A stretch of 64,000 bases of DNA from Candidatus Aenigmatarchaeota archaeon. GTDB taxonomy: Archaea > Aenigmatarchaeota > Aenigmatarchaeia > CG10238-14 > SpSt-28. The stretch is from assembly GCA_032249395.1 (NCBI GenBank), contig JAVVFY010000002.1, forward strand, positions 4,239 to 68,238, written 5' to 3'. Below, in pieces: positions 28,607 to 37,396 of the stretch. Positions within the stretch are counted from its first letter, which is position 1. The number at the start of each line of letters is the position of its first letter. The position numbers were made by a program, and so were the translations under genes. The notes beneath the pieces were generated by a model. That model was not told the origin of the DNA, did not search any database, and was given only the letters and a program-made list of their open reading frames with translations.

Positions 28607-28692
28607 GGGCCCGTAGCCTAGCAAGGATAAGGCGCCGGGCTTCGGAATTAGAGGATACCCGGAGATCGTGGGTTCAAATCCCACCGGGCCCA
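28607..28692 (+). tRNA. tRNA-Arg (anticodon TCG) with an 11-nt intron (28646-28656) at canonical position 37/38
   Basis: Acceptor GGGCCCG/CGGGCCC. Anticodon stem CCGGG/CCCGG encloses 18 nt, read as CUUCGG + intron AATTAGAGGAT + A. T-arm GTGGG-TTCAAAT-CCCAC. Confidence 0.7.
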
Positions 28693-28908
28693 AAATGAGT
28701 GCTTATTATTCACCTCTTCTTTTTTAACCTAATTTATAATAGTTTTTCAACTAAAGAGTTTAAACCAATAGTCTTTTTACAATAGTTATTATTAGATTGG
28801 TATTCGTAGCAACAGGATAAACTGCAAAAATACGAAGAAGGTTTGGGAGTTAGAGAAAATTTCATCCTCTGGAACTAGAACCCTAACGGGCTCAAAATTA
28901 AGTTTCTA

Positions 28909-29292
28909 TTATTTCTTCGCTTCCTCTTTTTTCTTTGCTTTTTTCTTTTCTTTCTTTTCTACTTTTTCTTCGCTCTCTACTTTTTCTTCCTTAGCCTGCG
29001 CTTGTTTCTTTAATTCAGCTGCTGAAGGCAATTTCAATCCAAATTTTTCGACTAAACCGCTATTCTTCCATGCTTCTAATAGTTCTTCGTCGCTCACATC
29101 TTCTTTTATTTCTAGCTTATATTGCAAAGGTTGTAAATGAATGACGTTTGCTCTTCTTCTTTTAACTCCAGTTAAAGCCTTTGGTCCGCTTACGATAACA
29201 AAATTCTTATCAACTTTTTTAACGACCACGCAATATTTCCCTTTTTCTTTCCCGACAGTTTTAACACAAACTTGTCCTATCTCCATTTTCAT
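28909..29292 (-). CDS. rpl14e: 50S ribosomal protein L14e with K/E-rich C-terminal tail
   Basis: GQVCVKTVGKEKGKYCVVVKKVDKNFVIVSGPKALTGVKRRRANVIHLQP is the KOW domain of L14e. Confidence 0.7.
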   Translation of the reverse strand: MKMEIGQVCVKTVGKEKGKYCVVVKKVDKNFVIVSGPKALTGVKRRRANVIHLQPLQYKLEIKEDVSDEELLEAWKNSGLVEKFGLKLPSAAELKKQAQAKEEKVESEEKVEKKEKKKAKKKEEAKK

Positions 29293-29750
29293 CTAACCCC
29301 CAACATTTTATCAATAATAAAAGTTAATACTAAACATAAAATAGCATATACATATATTAAACTAACTTTATTTGGAAAAGAAAAAGGTAGATAGACGTAA
29401 TAGCCAGAATAATTAAACGACACCCAAGAAAAAAATAAAATTCCTATTAATAGCGAAAAGATAGCTACTTTAATATTTTCTTTAATTAACTTTATGTTGG
29501 CATCTGCAAGTTCTCCCATTAATCTATTAAATTCTTTTTTGTTTTTGTCCTTTAATATATTAATTTTCCTACTAATAGCATCTATTTTTTCTTTTATTTC
29601 GACAAAGTTTCTATTACTAAAAACTTTTTTCTTGTAAAAAGATGTAATGATGGAAAAAGCAAGAGAAAGTATTAAAATTTGTATTAAAGGAGGAAATATA
29701 GTAATAGGAAATAAAAATATATCTGCTATTTTTGAGATGTAAACTATCAT
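29289..29750 (-). CDS. DUF106-family membrane protein (archaeal YidC/Oxa1-like insertase homolog)
   Basis: TM-coiled coil-TM architecture. Positioned immediately downstream of secY, as in conserved archaeal clusters. Confidence 0.45.
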   Translation of the reverse strand: MIVYISKIADIFLFPITIFPPLIQILILSLAFSIITSFYKKKVFSNRNFVEIKEKIDAISRKINILKDKNKKEFNRLMGELADANIKLIKENIKVAIFSLLIGILFFSWVSFNYSGYYVYLPFSFPNKVSLIYVYAILCLVLTFIIDKMLGVR

Positions 29751-31193
29751 TCAACCACCAAACAACTTCTTAACGATTTCAGGCATCCCTTCAATATCCT
29801 CATTTCTAATAATTTCATAGTAATTATAAATAATCATCACGCTTAACAATAAACCAACCCCACCCCCAATAACTCCAAACAAATCACCAATCACAGCTAA
29901 ACACCCGACAAAAAATCCACCTAAAACTGATAAAGGTGGTATGTACTTGTTTAAAACGTGTTCTATAACCCTTTGGTCTCTTCTATATCCAGGTATTTGC
30001 ATACCTATTATTGTCAATTGTTCGGCAACAGATTTGGCATTCATACCACTGGTCTCAACCCAAATTACAGAAAATATTGTAGTAAGGATAATCATTATAG
30101 TTGAATAAATTATAATCCTCATTATTTCTTTACTCGTTATACCTTCTACCATCAAATTAAAAATACTTGTTGGAGTGGAAATATAATATGCAAAGCCACT
30201 TATAGCATTTCCGTTTTCGTCAAAACATCCTAGTAAGCCACACATTCTGCCATCAATATTAGTTAACCCAACTCTAGACATTAATTGCAAATTAGCTAGA
30301 AAAGCAAAAGCAAAAATAACAGGGATGTTGCTAGTATAAAGGAGTTTTAAACTCCACGTTCTTCCGAATCCTCTAAATGCGGAAAAAGCCAACGGTATAT
30401 CAACGCTTATGCCTTGAATAAAAACAACTATTAAAAATAATATGCCGGTAGAAATTATTGGAAATAGAGCCAGTAATGCATTTTTTGGATTATTGCTATA
30501 GAAGTTTATTAACATATCCCAAAATAGTCCTACAGGCAAGTTGGTTGAAGATGGAATGCACATAGATATACTACGAATTGAGCATTCAGGTGGGAAAGGC
30601 GAAAATATTCTAACGAATATTTGTGTAGATATACCGGCAACTATGAAAAGGCTTATTCCAGATCCAAGACCCCATTTGCTTACTAGATCATCCATCAAAA
30701 TTACTAAAAATCCTCCTAGAGCAATTTGAAAAACAACAAAAGGTAAAAGAAGTGTCGTTGTAGTTAAAGGACCGAATATTACGTATGCAAATGCCTCTAT
30801 TACACAGAAGATAAGAGCTAATAACTTCATCCAACTCTGAAACTTTTTTCTTCCTTCGGGCTTAGTAGTGTCTAAAGGTAGTATTTTTGAGCCAACTAAC
30901 AACTGAAGAATTATTCCAGCTGTAACTATAGGACCTATTCCCAAAGTCAATAAACTTCCGAATCTCGCACCAAGTAAATGCTGGATTGTTAGAAAAAATT
31001 GAGCTTGGGGGGTTAGTGCTAGTCCTATAACTGGAACGTATGATAAAAAGATGTATATAAATAATGTCACCAATGTCCACTTTAGTTTTTCTTTAAAGCT
31101 TAATCTATATAAAGGTGGCGAAACTATAGGAAAATATTTTACTAGTTTTTCAATAGTATTACCAATCTGCATAAATATTCTTCTACTTTGCAT
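29751..31193 (-). CDS. secY: preprotein translocase subunit SecY
   Basis: GIGPIVTAGIILQLLVGSKI with 10 TM helices; 480 aa. Confidence 0.9.
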   Translation of the reverse strand: MQSRRIFMQIGNTIEKLVKYFPIVSPPLYRLSFKEKLKWTLVTLFIYIFLSYVPVIGLALTPQAQFFLTIQHLLGARFGSLLTLGIGPIVTAGIILQLLVGSKILPLDTTKPEGRKKFQSWMKLLALIFCVIEAFAYVIFGPLTTTTLLLPFVVFQIALGGFLVILMDDLVSKWGLGSGISLFIVAGISTQIFVRIFSPFPPECSIRSISMCIPSSTNLPVGLFWDMLINFYSNNPKNALLALFPIISTGILFLIVVFIQGISVDIPLAFSAFRGFGRTWSLKLLYTSNIPVIFAFAFLANLQLMSRVGLTNIDGRMCGLLGCFDENGNAISGFAYYISTPTSIFNLMVEGITSKEIMRIIIYSTIMIILTTIFSVIWVETSGMNAKSVAEQLTIIGMQIPGYRRDQRVIEHVLNKYIPPLSVLGGFFVGCLAVIGDLFGVIGGGVGLLLSVMIIYNYYEIIRNEDIEGMPEIVKKLFGG

Positions 31194-31596
31194 TAAAATG
31201 AGTTATTATAACGTTTCCACCTTTTTCCTTTAGTTTTTCTATGGCCTTTTTAGAAGCTTCTTTAACTTCTACAATAATAGGATACTCGACGTTTCCTCTC
31301 CCCAATAATTTATCATATCCTAATTCATTCAGATTTATCTTCAAGTTTTCTGAGCTTATATTCTTTTCTTCAATCATTTTTTTTACTAAATCGTTAAGTT
31401 CGTCTAAGTTTATTACGGATTTTTCTTTCCTAAGAGGATACTTGAAACCTTTCTCACGCTCCTTCCATTTCATTTTGTGCTTATGTAAACTAACATTTCC
31501 TCTACCACCCCTCGAGCCTCCACCCCTCCACTTAGCATGTCTACCATGGTAAGTTCTTTCGCCTCTTCTCCTCTTTTTCTCTCTTCTAACTACCAT
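31183..31596 (-). CDS. rpl15: 50S ribosomal protein L15 (uL15)
   Basis: RRGERTYHGRHAKWRGGGSRGGRGN matches uL15. Confidence 0.85.
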   Translation of the reverse strand: MVVRREKKRRRGERTYHGRHAKWRGGGSRGGRGNVSLHKHKMKWKEREKGFKYPLRKEKSVINLDELNDLVKKMIEEKNISSENLKINLNELGYDKLLGRGNVEYPIIVEVKEASKKAIEKLKEKGGNVIITHFNAK

Positions 31597-32061
31597 CTAA
31601 ATCATCCTTCTAAGTAACTCATTAATTTCTTTGCCTCTATAACCCAGATCGCCTTTTGGCCAATGTTCCTTTATACTTTTTAAACCTTTAGAAGGCGGTC
31701 TTAAGCGAAAGAATGGGTGAAATGCCTCAAACTGCTTTAATATTACCCTACCGGATAATAAAGCGTCTGCAAACTCCTCAAAACTGTTAAATCCTGTTAT
31801 TTTTCTCAAATCTTCCTCACTCACTTTCTTGTTCCCTTCTCCTTTCATCCTCAATCTCTTTCTGAGCAATTGTATTAGTGTATCTCTATCTATTTCTCCA
31901 TAAGTGATGAAATCTTTTACCTTTTCAAGCATTCCCCTTATAGAATCTGTTTCTGGTAAAATATTACAGAAATATAGCCTTTTCAATCTCAAGAGCTTCA
32001 ACGTATCTTCTATTTTTCTTGGAACTCCAACAACTCCTCTAATTCTTATAACTGCATACAT
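31597..32061 (-). CDS. rpl30: 50S ribosomal protein L30 (uL30)
   Basis: MYAVIRIRGVVGVPRKIEDTLKLLRLKR matches uL30. Confidence 0.85.
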   Translation of the reverse strand: MYAVIRIRGVVGVPRKIEDTLKLLRLKRLYFCNILPETDSIRGMLEKVKDFITYGEIDRDTLIQLLRKRLRMKGEGNKKVSEEDLRKITGFNSFEEFADALLSGRVILKQFEAFHPFFRLRPPSKGLKSIKEHWPKGDLGYRGKEINELLRRMI

Positions 32062-32067
32062 TAGCTA

Positions 32068-32769
32068 TCACCTTTGGTATATGTACAAATTTTTAAAAGC
32101 TTTGTAAATTGCGGTTATTAAATTTATATGAGTACTAGTTTTTCCAAAAGTTTTTACCCAGATATCTTTAATTCCAGCCAATCTTAAAATTTTCTTGCTC
32201 TCGTCGTCGGCAACTAGCCCAACACCTTTTGGAGCTGGCATTAAAACTACTTTCACGCTTCCGCATTTGCCCTCAGTCTTAAATGGTATTGAATGTGGCG
32301 TTTCACAACCACATTCCCAACTACCACAACCTCTCAAAACTTTTATTATGTTCATTTTTGCTCTTCTTCTAGCTTTTTCGACAGCCCTTCTTGCATCCAC
32401 AGAAACTCCTTTACCAATACCAACATATCCGTCTTCATTTCCGACAACAATAAATGCAGACATTCTAAATCTTCTTCCAGATTTAGTAACCCTTGCAGTG
32501 ATTCTAATTGGAATTCTCTGTGCTCCACCTCCCTTTCCTGTTCTTTTTCCAATAAGTATAAACTCTTCTTTTAATCCGGGTAAAAGATAATCAACAATCT
32601 CTGGTTCTAATATTCTTTTTCCACTTTCCAAAATCTCATCAATACTCTTTATTTTACCTGCTAAAACGTCTCTGCCAAGCTGAGTTTTGGGTTTCCAGGC
32701 CTTTTCCACCCTAGATAAGCTACCTTCTTCCGAAATTTCAGCTTCTCCTTTTTCACTATTTTCCCCCAC
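32068..32769 (-). CDS. rps5: 30S ribosomal protein S5 (uS5)
   Basis: AFIVVGNEDGYVGIGKGVSVDARRAVEKA matches uS5. Confidence 0.9.
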   Translation of the reverse strand: MGENSEKGEAEISEEGSLSRVEKAWKPKTQLGRDVLAGKIKSIDEILESGKRILEPEIVDYLLPGLKEEFILIGKRTGKGGGAQRIPIRITARVTKSGRRFRMSAFIVVGNEDGYVGIGKGVSVDARRAVEKARRRAKMNIIKVLRGCGSWECGCETPHSIPFKTEGKCGSVKVVLMPAPKGVGLVADDESKKILRLAGIKDIWVKTFGKTSTHINLITAIYKAFKNLYIYQR

Positions 32770-33274
32770 TAAACATCACCTCAATATTCCTTTTTACTTC
32801 TTCAAAATTTTTAGCTACTTCCTCGCTTATATGCAAACCTTTTATTCTATCTTCAGTAGGAAACATTTCCTCACTACAAGGAACATTTAAACCTGCATCT
32901 ATTGCTCCCTTGGCAAAAGCATACATCCTTCCTCCTTTAGTAGATGTGTAAAGACCAATATCTAAAACTGCTTCCTTAACTCCTTTTGATAAAGCCATTT
33001 TGCCCAATAAATATCCAGTTAAATAACTTGCTGGCGTATTATCACAAGCAAATTTCCATCCGTATTTTTTCAAAATTTTTGAGGTTATTCCAACTAGCGT
33101 CACATCTCCTTTTTTATCAAAATTGATAATTTGGCCAATTATATACTTTAAAGTCTTCCTATAGACAAGCCTCGGTTTTTCGGATAAAAGCAACTTTAAT
33201 CTTTTCTTATAGTTTGTTTTGCCTTCTCTTCTTCTTCTAAAATGAATTCTGTATGTTGGTGATATCTTTGGCAT
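32756..33274 (-). CDS. rpl18: 50S ribosomal protein L18 (uL18)
   Basis: YRIHFRRRREGKTNYKKRLKLL matches uL18. Confidence 0.85.
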   Translation of the reverse strand: MPKISPTYRIHFRRRREGKTNYKKRLKLLLSEKPRLVYRKTLKYIIGQIINFDKKGDVTLVGITSKILKKYGWKFACDNTPASYLTGYLLGKMALSKGVKEAVLDIGLYTSTKGGRMYAFAKGAIDAGLNVPCSEEMFPTEDRIKGLHISEEVAKNFEEVKRNIEVMFSGGK

Positions 33275-33706
33275 TTACTCACCCTTTATAAGTTTATGCT
33301 GCTCTAAGTATAGCTTCATATGTGCTCTACTCTTAAACATTCCACCTTTTATCCATTTTCTGACAAGCTTATAAGTTTTGTTGTCAATCTTACCTTTTTC
33401 CTTAAGTTCTCTTGCAAATTCTCTCAAACTTCTAACAAGATTTATCCATCTTCTTTTTCTAGGAACAATAGAATATTTCTTACCTTTTTTGCTTCCTTCA
33501 TATCTTCTCTTTTTCTTCTTCTCCTTCGGCTTCTTAAGTTTCTCCTTCCTGGCCTTTATATAACCTCTCTCTATAAGCCTTCTTATATCAGCTTTAGTAA
33601 CGGCTTTCTCAATCTCATCAATTTTAGTAGGATCGAACCAAATTTTACTTTCTCCAACCTTCAATATCTCTGCTGCAAGCCTTCTTTGTGTCTTCATTTC
33701 GATCAC
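33275..33706 (-). CDS. rpl19e: 50S ribosomal protein L19e
   Basis: QRRLAAEILKVGESKIWFDP matches L19e. Confidence 0.85.
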   Translation of the reverse strand: MIEMKTQRRLAAEILKVGESKIWFDPTKIDEIEKAVTKADIRRLIERGYIKARKEKLKKPKEKKKKRRYEGSKKGKKYSIVPRKRRWINLVRSLREFARELKEKGKIDNKTYKLVRKWIKGGMFKSRAHMKLYLEQHKLIKGE

Positions 33707-34053
33707 TCATTCAAGATTTTTATTTTTAGTTCTTTTGCCTTTTTAACTATTTCCTCTCTTTTTTTCTTACCAACTGTAGCTGCTATTCTTATTGCTTCTT
33801 TTGAAGGATCTATTCTCTCTAAATCTTTCAGATTTCTAACAAGAACCTCTTTAAAACCAGATGGATGTAAACCTCTAACTTCTTTTGGCTGTCTATAACC
33901 AATGTCTGGCATTTTAGGTTTGCTTTTCTCTTTCTGTCTAACTTTGCTATGCAATCCTCTAGGCCTTCTCCAACTTTCTTTTATCCTTTTTATAGTTCCG
34001 GCCAAAGGTCTTCTAAATTCTGGAATTTTTCTTTTTTTAATCATATTTACCAC
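33703..34053 (-). CDS. rpl32e: 50S ribosomal protein L32e
   Basis: WRRPRGLHSKVR...GYRQPKEVRGLHPSGF matches L32e. Confidence 0.85.
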   Translation of the reverse strand: MVNMIKKRKIPEFRRPLAGTIKRIKESWRRPRGLHSKVRQKEKSKPKMPDIGYRQPKEVRGLHPSGFKEVLVRNLKDLERIDPSKEAIRIAATVGKKKREEIVKKAKELKIKILNE

Positions 34054-34477
34054 TCCAGTATGTTCCTCCTTTCTTCTTCCACTTCAAATAATCTTGAAGT
34101 ATTTTCGCATGATCAAAAGCAAAATCAATACTTTTAGCGTCTTTAATATTAATCCACATTGCTTCAGTTTCAAAAGAATTTTTAGTTTTTGTTGTTTTTG
34201 GTCTGCAAATAAATACTACGCTAATAGTATGACCTCTTGGGTCTCTATCTTTTTTTGAATAAACGCCAAGAATCTCTTTTGGTTCTACCTTAATACCTGT
34301 TTCCTCGAAAGTCTCTCTAACAACACAATCTTCTATAGATTCTCCATATTTCAAATGCCCTCCTGGAAAAGCAAACTTGCCTATAAATGGGGGAATTCTC
34401 CTTTTAACTAGTAAAATCTTTCCCTTTCTCTCAGCTATACAATCCGCTGTAATTCTTGTATAAGGAAATAACATCAC
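34037..34477 (-). CDS. NUDIX hydrolase
   Basis: Nudix box GKFAFPGGHLKYGESIEDCVVRETFEETGIKV (GX5EX7REUXEEXGU). Confidence 0.75.
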   Translation of the reverse strand: MMLFPYTRITADCIAERKGKILLVKRRIPPFIGKFAFPGGHLKYGESIEDCVVRETFEETGIKVEPKEILGVYSKKDRDPRGHTISVVFICRPKTTKTKNSFETEAMWINIKDAKSIDFAFDHAKILQDYLKWKKKGGTYWSGKYD

Positions 34478-35022
34478 TCTTCACCTTTACTAACTATAAA
34501 TATACCATCTTGGAACACTCTCCTATCTTTGCCAACAATTCTTGTTGCTTGTTCTATATTACCAGCGGTTTGACCTACAGCATCAATATCAATACCAGAA
34601 ACTAATATTTCTTGTCCTTTTATTTCAACTTTTGTGTTTCCTATAATTTTTGCCTCTCTGGGCTTTCTTTCTCCCAAGAAATTTTGAATTATAACTCTAT
34701 CTCCTTCAACTTTAACGGTTATTGGAAAGTGTGAATAGATTATCTTTAGCTTATACACATAACCTTTTGTAACACCCTCAATCATATTTCTTATGTGAGC
34801 AGCAATAGTTCCAGCTATGGCTTTTATTTTTCTTCTCTCATTCTCAGTATAAACTCTAACCTTTCCTTCAACAAGCTCAACTTTGACGTCTTTAGGTATT
34901 ATGAAGCTCTTTTCTAATTCTCCCTTTGGTCCAACAACCTTAACACTATTTCCTCTAATTTCAACCTTTACTTCTTGTGGCACTTTAACTTCTTTAACAA
35001 ACATATAAATCACTAATAACAA
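34474..35022 (-). CDS. rpl6: 50S ribosomal protein L6 (uL6)
   Basis: Two-domain uL6 pattern: VKVEIRGNSVKVVGPKGEL ... IEQATRIVGKD. Confidence 0.85.
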   Translation of the reverse strand: MLLVIYMFVKEVKVPQEVKVEIRGNSVKVVGPKGELEKSFIIPKDVKVELVEGKVRVYTENERRKIKAIAGTIAAHIRNMIEGVTKGYVYKLKIIYSHFPITVKVEGDRVIIQNFLGERKPREAKIIGNTKVEIKGQEILVSGIDIDAVGQTAGNIEQATRIVGKDRRVFQDGIFIVSKGEE

Positions 35023-35399
35023 TATGCTAAAAGTTTTCCTCCTAAATGCAGACTTTTAGCAGTCTTATGATCCATAACGCCCTTACTAGTTGTTAAAATT
35101 AAAATTCCAACATCTCTAGCGGGTAAAAATCTTTTTTCCCATTTTTCAAATTCATCAACTCTAACACTAAATCTTGGTTTAATAACGTTTGTATCTATAA
35201 TCTTTCCTTTTAACTCAATTTTAAATATTCCAGATTTTCCGTCGTGTATCAACTCGTAAGCCCCTATGTAATCGTGTTGCTGCAGTACTTTCAAAACCCT
35301 TTCTATCAATTTACTCGCTTTTACAAAGCATTCCTTCTTTCCAATCCTATCAGCATTCTTTATTGCGCTCAATGCGTCAGCAAGCAAATCGTGCCTCAT
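35013..35399 (-). CDS. rps8: 30S ribosomal protein S8 (uS8)
   Basis: DLLADALSAIKNA...ILILTTSKGVMDHKTA...GGKLLAYCY matches uS8. Confidence 0.85.
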   Translation of the reverse strand: MRHDLLADALSAIKNADRIGKKECFVKASKLIERVLKVLQQHDYIGAYELIHDGKSGIFKIELKGKIIDTNVIKPRFSVRVDEFEKWEKRFLPARDVGILILTTSKGVMDHKTAKSLHLGGKLLAYCY

Positions 35400-35439
35400 A
35401 ACTAAACATTTTGGTTTAAAAGTTTAAAACTATTATCCT

Positions 35440-35512
35440 TGCGCCAGCCGGGATTTGAACCCGGGCTCCGAGCTTGGAAGGCTCGTGTCCTACCAGGCTA
35501 GACGACTGGCGC
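35440..35512 (-). tRNA. tRNA-Gly (anticodon TCC)
   Basis: Reverse complement folds with acceptor GCGCCAG/CTGGCGC. Anticodon stem CGAGC/GCTCG, loop CUUCCAA. T-arm CCGGG-TTCAAAT-CCCGG. Confidence 0.85.
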
Positions 35513-35688
35513 ATTATTATTGTTATTTTTTACAATCTAAAAAGATTTATGGAAAGAGAAAGATTTATAAAGAAAAAGATTGAAGAATTGAAAGAAAAAT
35601 TGCCAGGTATTGATGAAAAATCTCTAGAAAAAGATCTAATTCCATTAGAAGGAAACGAAATTGGGATAAAAATAAAAAAGAAAAAGAT

Positions 35689-36177
35689 TTAGAATTTATA
35701 TCCAATTTTCCTCAAAAATTCTTTTCTTTCTTGAATTTCTTTTTCTCCTTCTATTCCCTTTGATTTGAAACCATCAATCACTCCAAGAATTCCCCTTCCT
35801 TGCTCAGTTTCTGCGACTATAACTTGAACTGGGTTTCCAGTCGCACAGTAAATATTCGCCACCTCTGGAACCTCTTTTAATCTAGGAACTACGTTTATAG
35901 GATAGGCATTTCTCATGAAAATTAAGAAAGTATGACCTGCCGCTATTTCAAAAAGTTTTTCTGTTGCTAATTTCTCTAATTCCTCATCATTTCCACTATG
36001 TCTTATTAAACAAGGTCCGGAAGCTTCTGCAAAGGCTAAGCCAAACTTAATATTTGGAACACAATTCACTAGACACTCATGAATATCTTCTACCGTCTTT
36101 ATGAATCCTGCGTGTCCTATTATAACTTGTGTATCCTTTGGAACATCAATATTAATAACTTTTATTTCGACTTCCAT
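35689..36177 (-). CDS. conserved archaeal ~160-aa protein (possibly adenosine-specific kinase / DUF355-like family)
   Basis: GHAGFIKTVEDIHECL...IKFGLAFAEASG...NIYCATGNPVQVIV...GRGILGVIDG is a pattern I recall from that archaeal family. Unverified. Confidence 0.3.
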   Translation of the reverse strand: MEVEIKVINIDVPKDTQVIIGHAGFIKTVEDIHECLVNCVPNIKFGLAFAEASGPCLIRHSGNDEELEKLATEKLFEIAAGHTFLIFMRNAYPINVVPRLKEVPEVANIYCATGNPVQVIVAETEQGRGILGVIDGFKSKGIEGEKEIQERKEFLRKIGYKF

Positions 36178-36227
36178 ATTTTTCGTAAAAGTTACAAGAT
36201 TTAAAATTTTTTAAAAGACCACTAGTT

Positions 36228-37394
36228 TTATCCACTAATCATTGATTCAAAAAACTTTTGGAAATCTTTATCCTTTTCCAAAACTTTAAAGTAAGGTAAA
36301 AATTCGGTTCTTATTTTTTTGGTGGAACAATTTAGAAGTTTTGAAAGCTTCTTCAATTTTTCTTTTTCCTGTTCTCTTTCTTCTTTGCTAGAAGCCAAAT
36401 ATCTTAGTTTTGCTGGAAATTGATATTTTGTAAATTTTCTGTACATCTCATCCTTTGCTAAAGAAACTCCAGCTGTCATTAAGTCATTCATATACCTCAT
36501 GAGCTTCCAATAGTTTCTGCTCATTATTCTAGCTCTAAACAAATCGGCTTTTGCTAAAGCTTCATAAGCTCTTGCAATCTCTTCTGGCTTTTCATATTCA
36601 TTTGGAATATTCTCTTCTATCCACCACATTATAATTTCTGGTTCTAAATCAACATTGGCAATACTTAATTTAGCTCCAATTAAAGAAGTTGTTTTAAACA
36701 AAATTTTCAGTGCTTCAAACATATCTCTTTCTCTTTCTCTATAGCCGAGAACCTCTAAATCTTTCAAAGTTATTTTCTTTTTTCCTCTTGCGATAGTTTC
36801 TAAATCATTTATAGCTGCTCTCAAATCTCCCTCGCTCCTCTTCGCCAATTGGTTTAAAACTTCTTTGTCGTACTCTATGCCTTCTTTTTCACAAATTTCC
36901 TTTAGCTTTTTCTCAATATCCCAAACTGGTATATCTCCAAATGGAATTAACTCACAATACTCTCTCAATACTCTTAATTTCGGATCATACGGATCGTTTG
37001 CAGTTAAAACAACAGGATGTTTACTTTTTTTAATTATTTCAATAATTGCTTGAATTCCTCCAGCATCTTCTTTTCCGGAGATTCCATCAACCTCATCTAT
37101 CAAAAATATTCTTCCTTTTTTGAAAAAACTAGCAACTGCAGAAGCATGACCAAAAACCTCTTCTATTTGTTTCTTACTTCTAACATCACTGGCATTCATT
37201 TGAATTAACTCTAAATTTTTATCATTAGCAAAAGCTTCAACCAGACAAGTTTTTCCTGTACCTGGCTTACCATATAGCAATGCTGCATTGGAACCGGGTT
37301 TCCAATTTCTGTACCATTCTAAAAATTTTGCCAAAGCTTCTTTTTGGTCTACAAAATCCTTCAAACTTTTTGGTCTATATTTTATCGTAAACAT
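36228..37394 (-). CDS. rfcL: replication factor C large subunit
   Basis: KYRPKSLKDFVDQ...LLYGKPGTGKTCLVEAFA...FLIDEVDGI: AAA+ clamp-loader large subunit. Confidence 0.8.
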   Translation of the reverse strand: MFTIKYRPKSLKDFVDQKEALAKFLEWYRNWKPGSNAALLYGKPGTGKTCLVEAFANDKNLELIQMNASDVRSKKQIEEVFGHASAVASFFKKGRIFLIDEVDGISGKEDAGGIQAIIEIIKKSKHPVVLTANDPYDPKLRVLREYCELIPFGDIPVWDIEKKLKEICEKEGIEYDKEVLNQLAKRSEGDLRAAINDLETIARGKKKITLKDLEVLGYRERERDMFEALKILFKTTSLIGAKLSIANVDLEPEIIMWWIEENIPNEYEKPEEIARAYEALAKADLFRARIMSRNYWKLMRYMNDLMTAGVSLAKDEMYRKFTKYQFPAKLRYLASSKEEREQEKEKLKKLSKLLNCSTKKIRTEFLPYFKVLEKDKDFQKFFESMISG

Positions 37395-37396
37395 AC

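Noticed and set aside
32195-32590. ORFs antisense to rps5 (131, 93, 66 aa)
   Set aside because: They overlap a highly conserved ribosomal gene. They are compositional artefacts.
33320-34258. Several plus-strand ORFs antisense to rpl19e, rpl32e and Nudix
   Set aside because: Antisense to conserved genes. Phe/Leu/Ser-rich translations typical of AT-rich antisense frames.
35474-35692. 72-aa plus-strand ORF overlapping tRNA-Gly
   Set aside because: It starts inside the tRNA on the opposite strand. Only a 47-aa K/E-rich tail would be independent, and there is no supporting signal.
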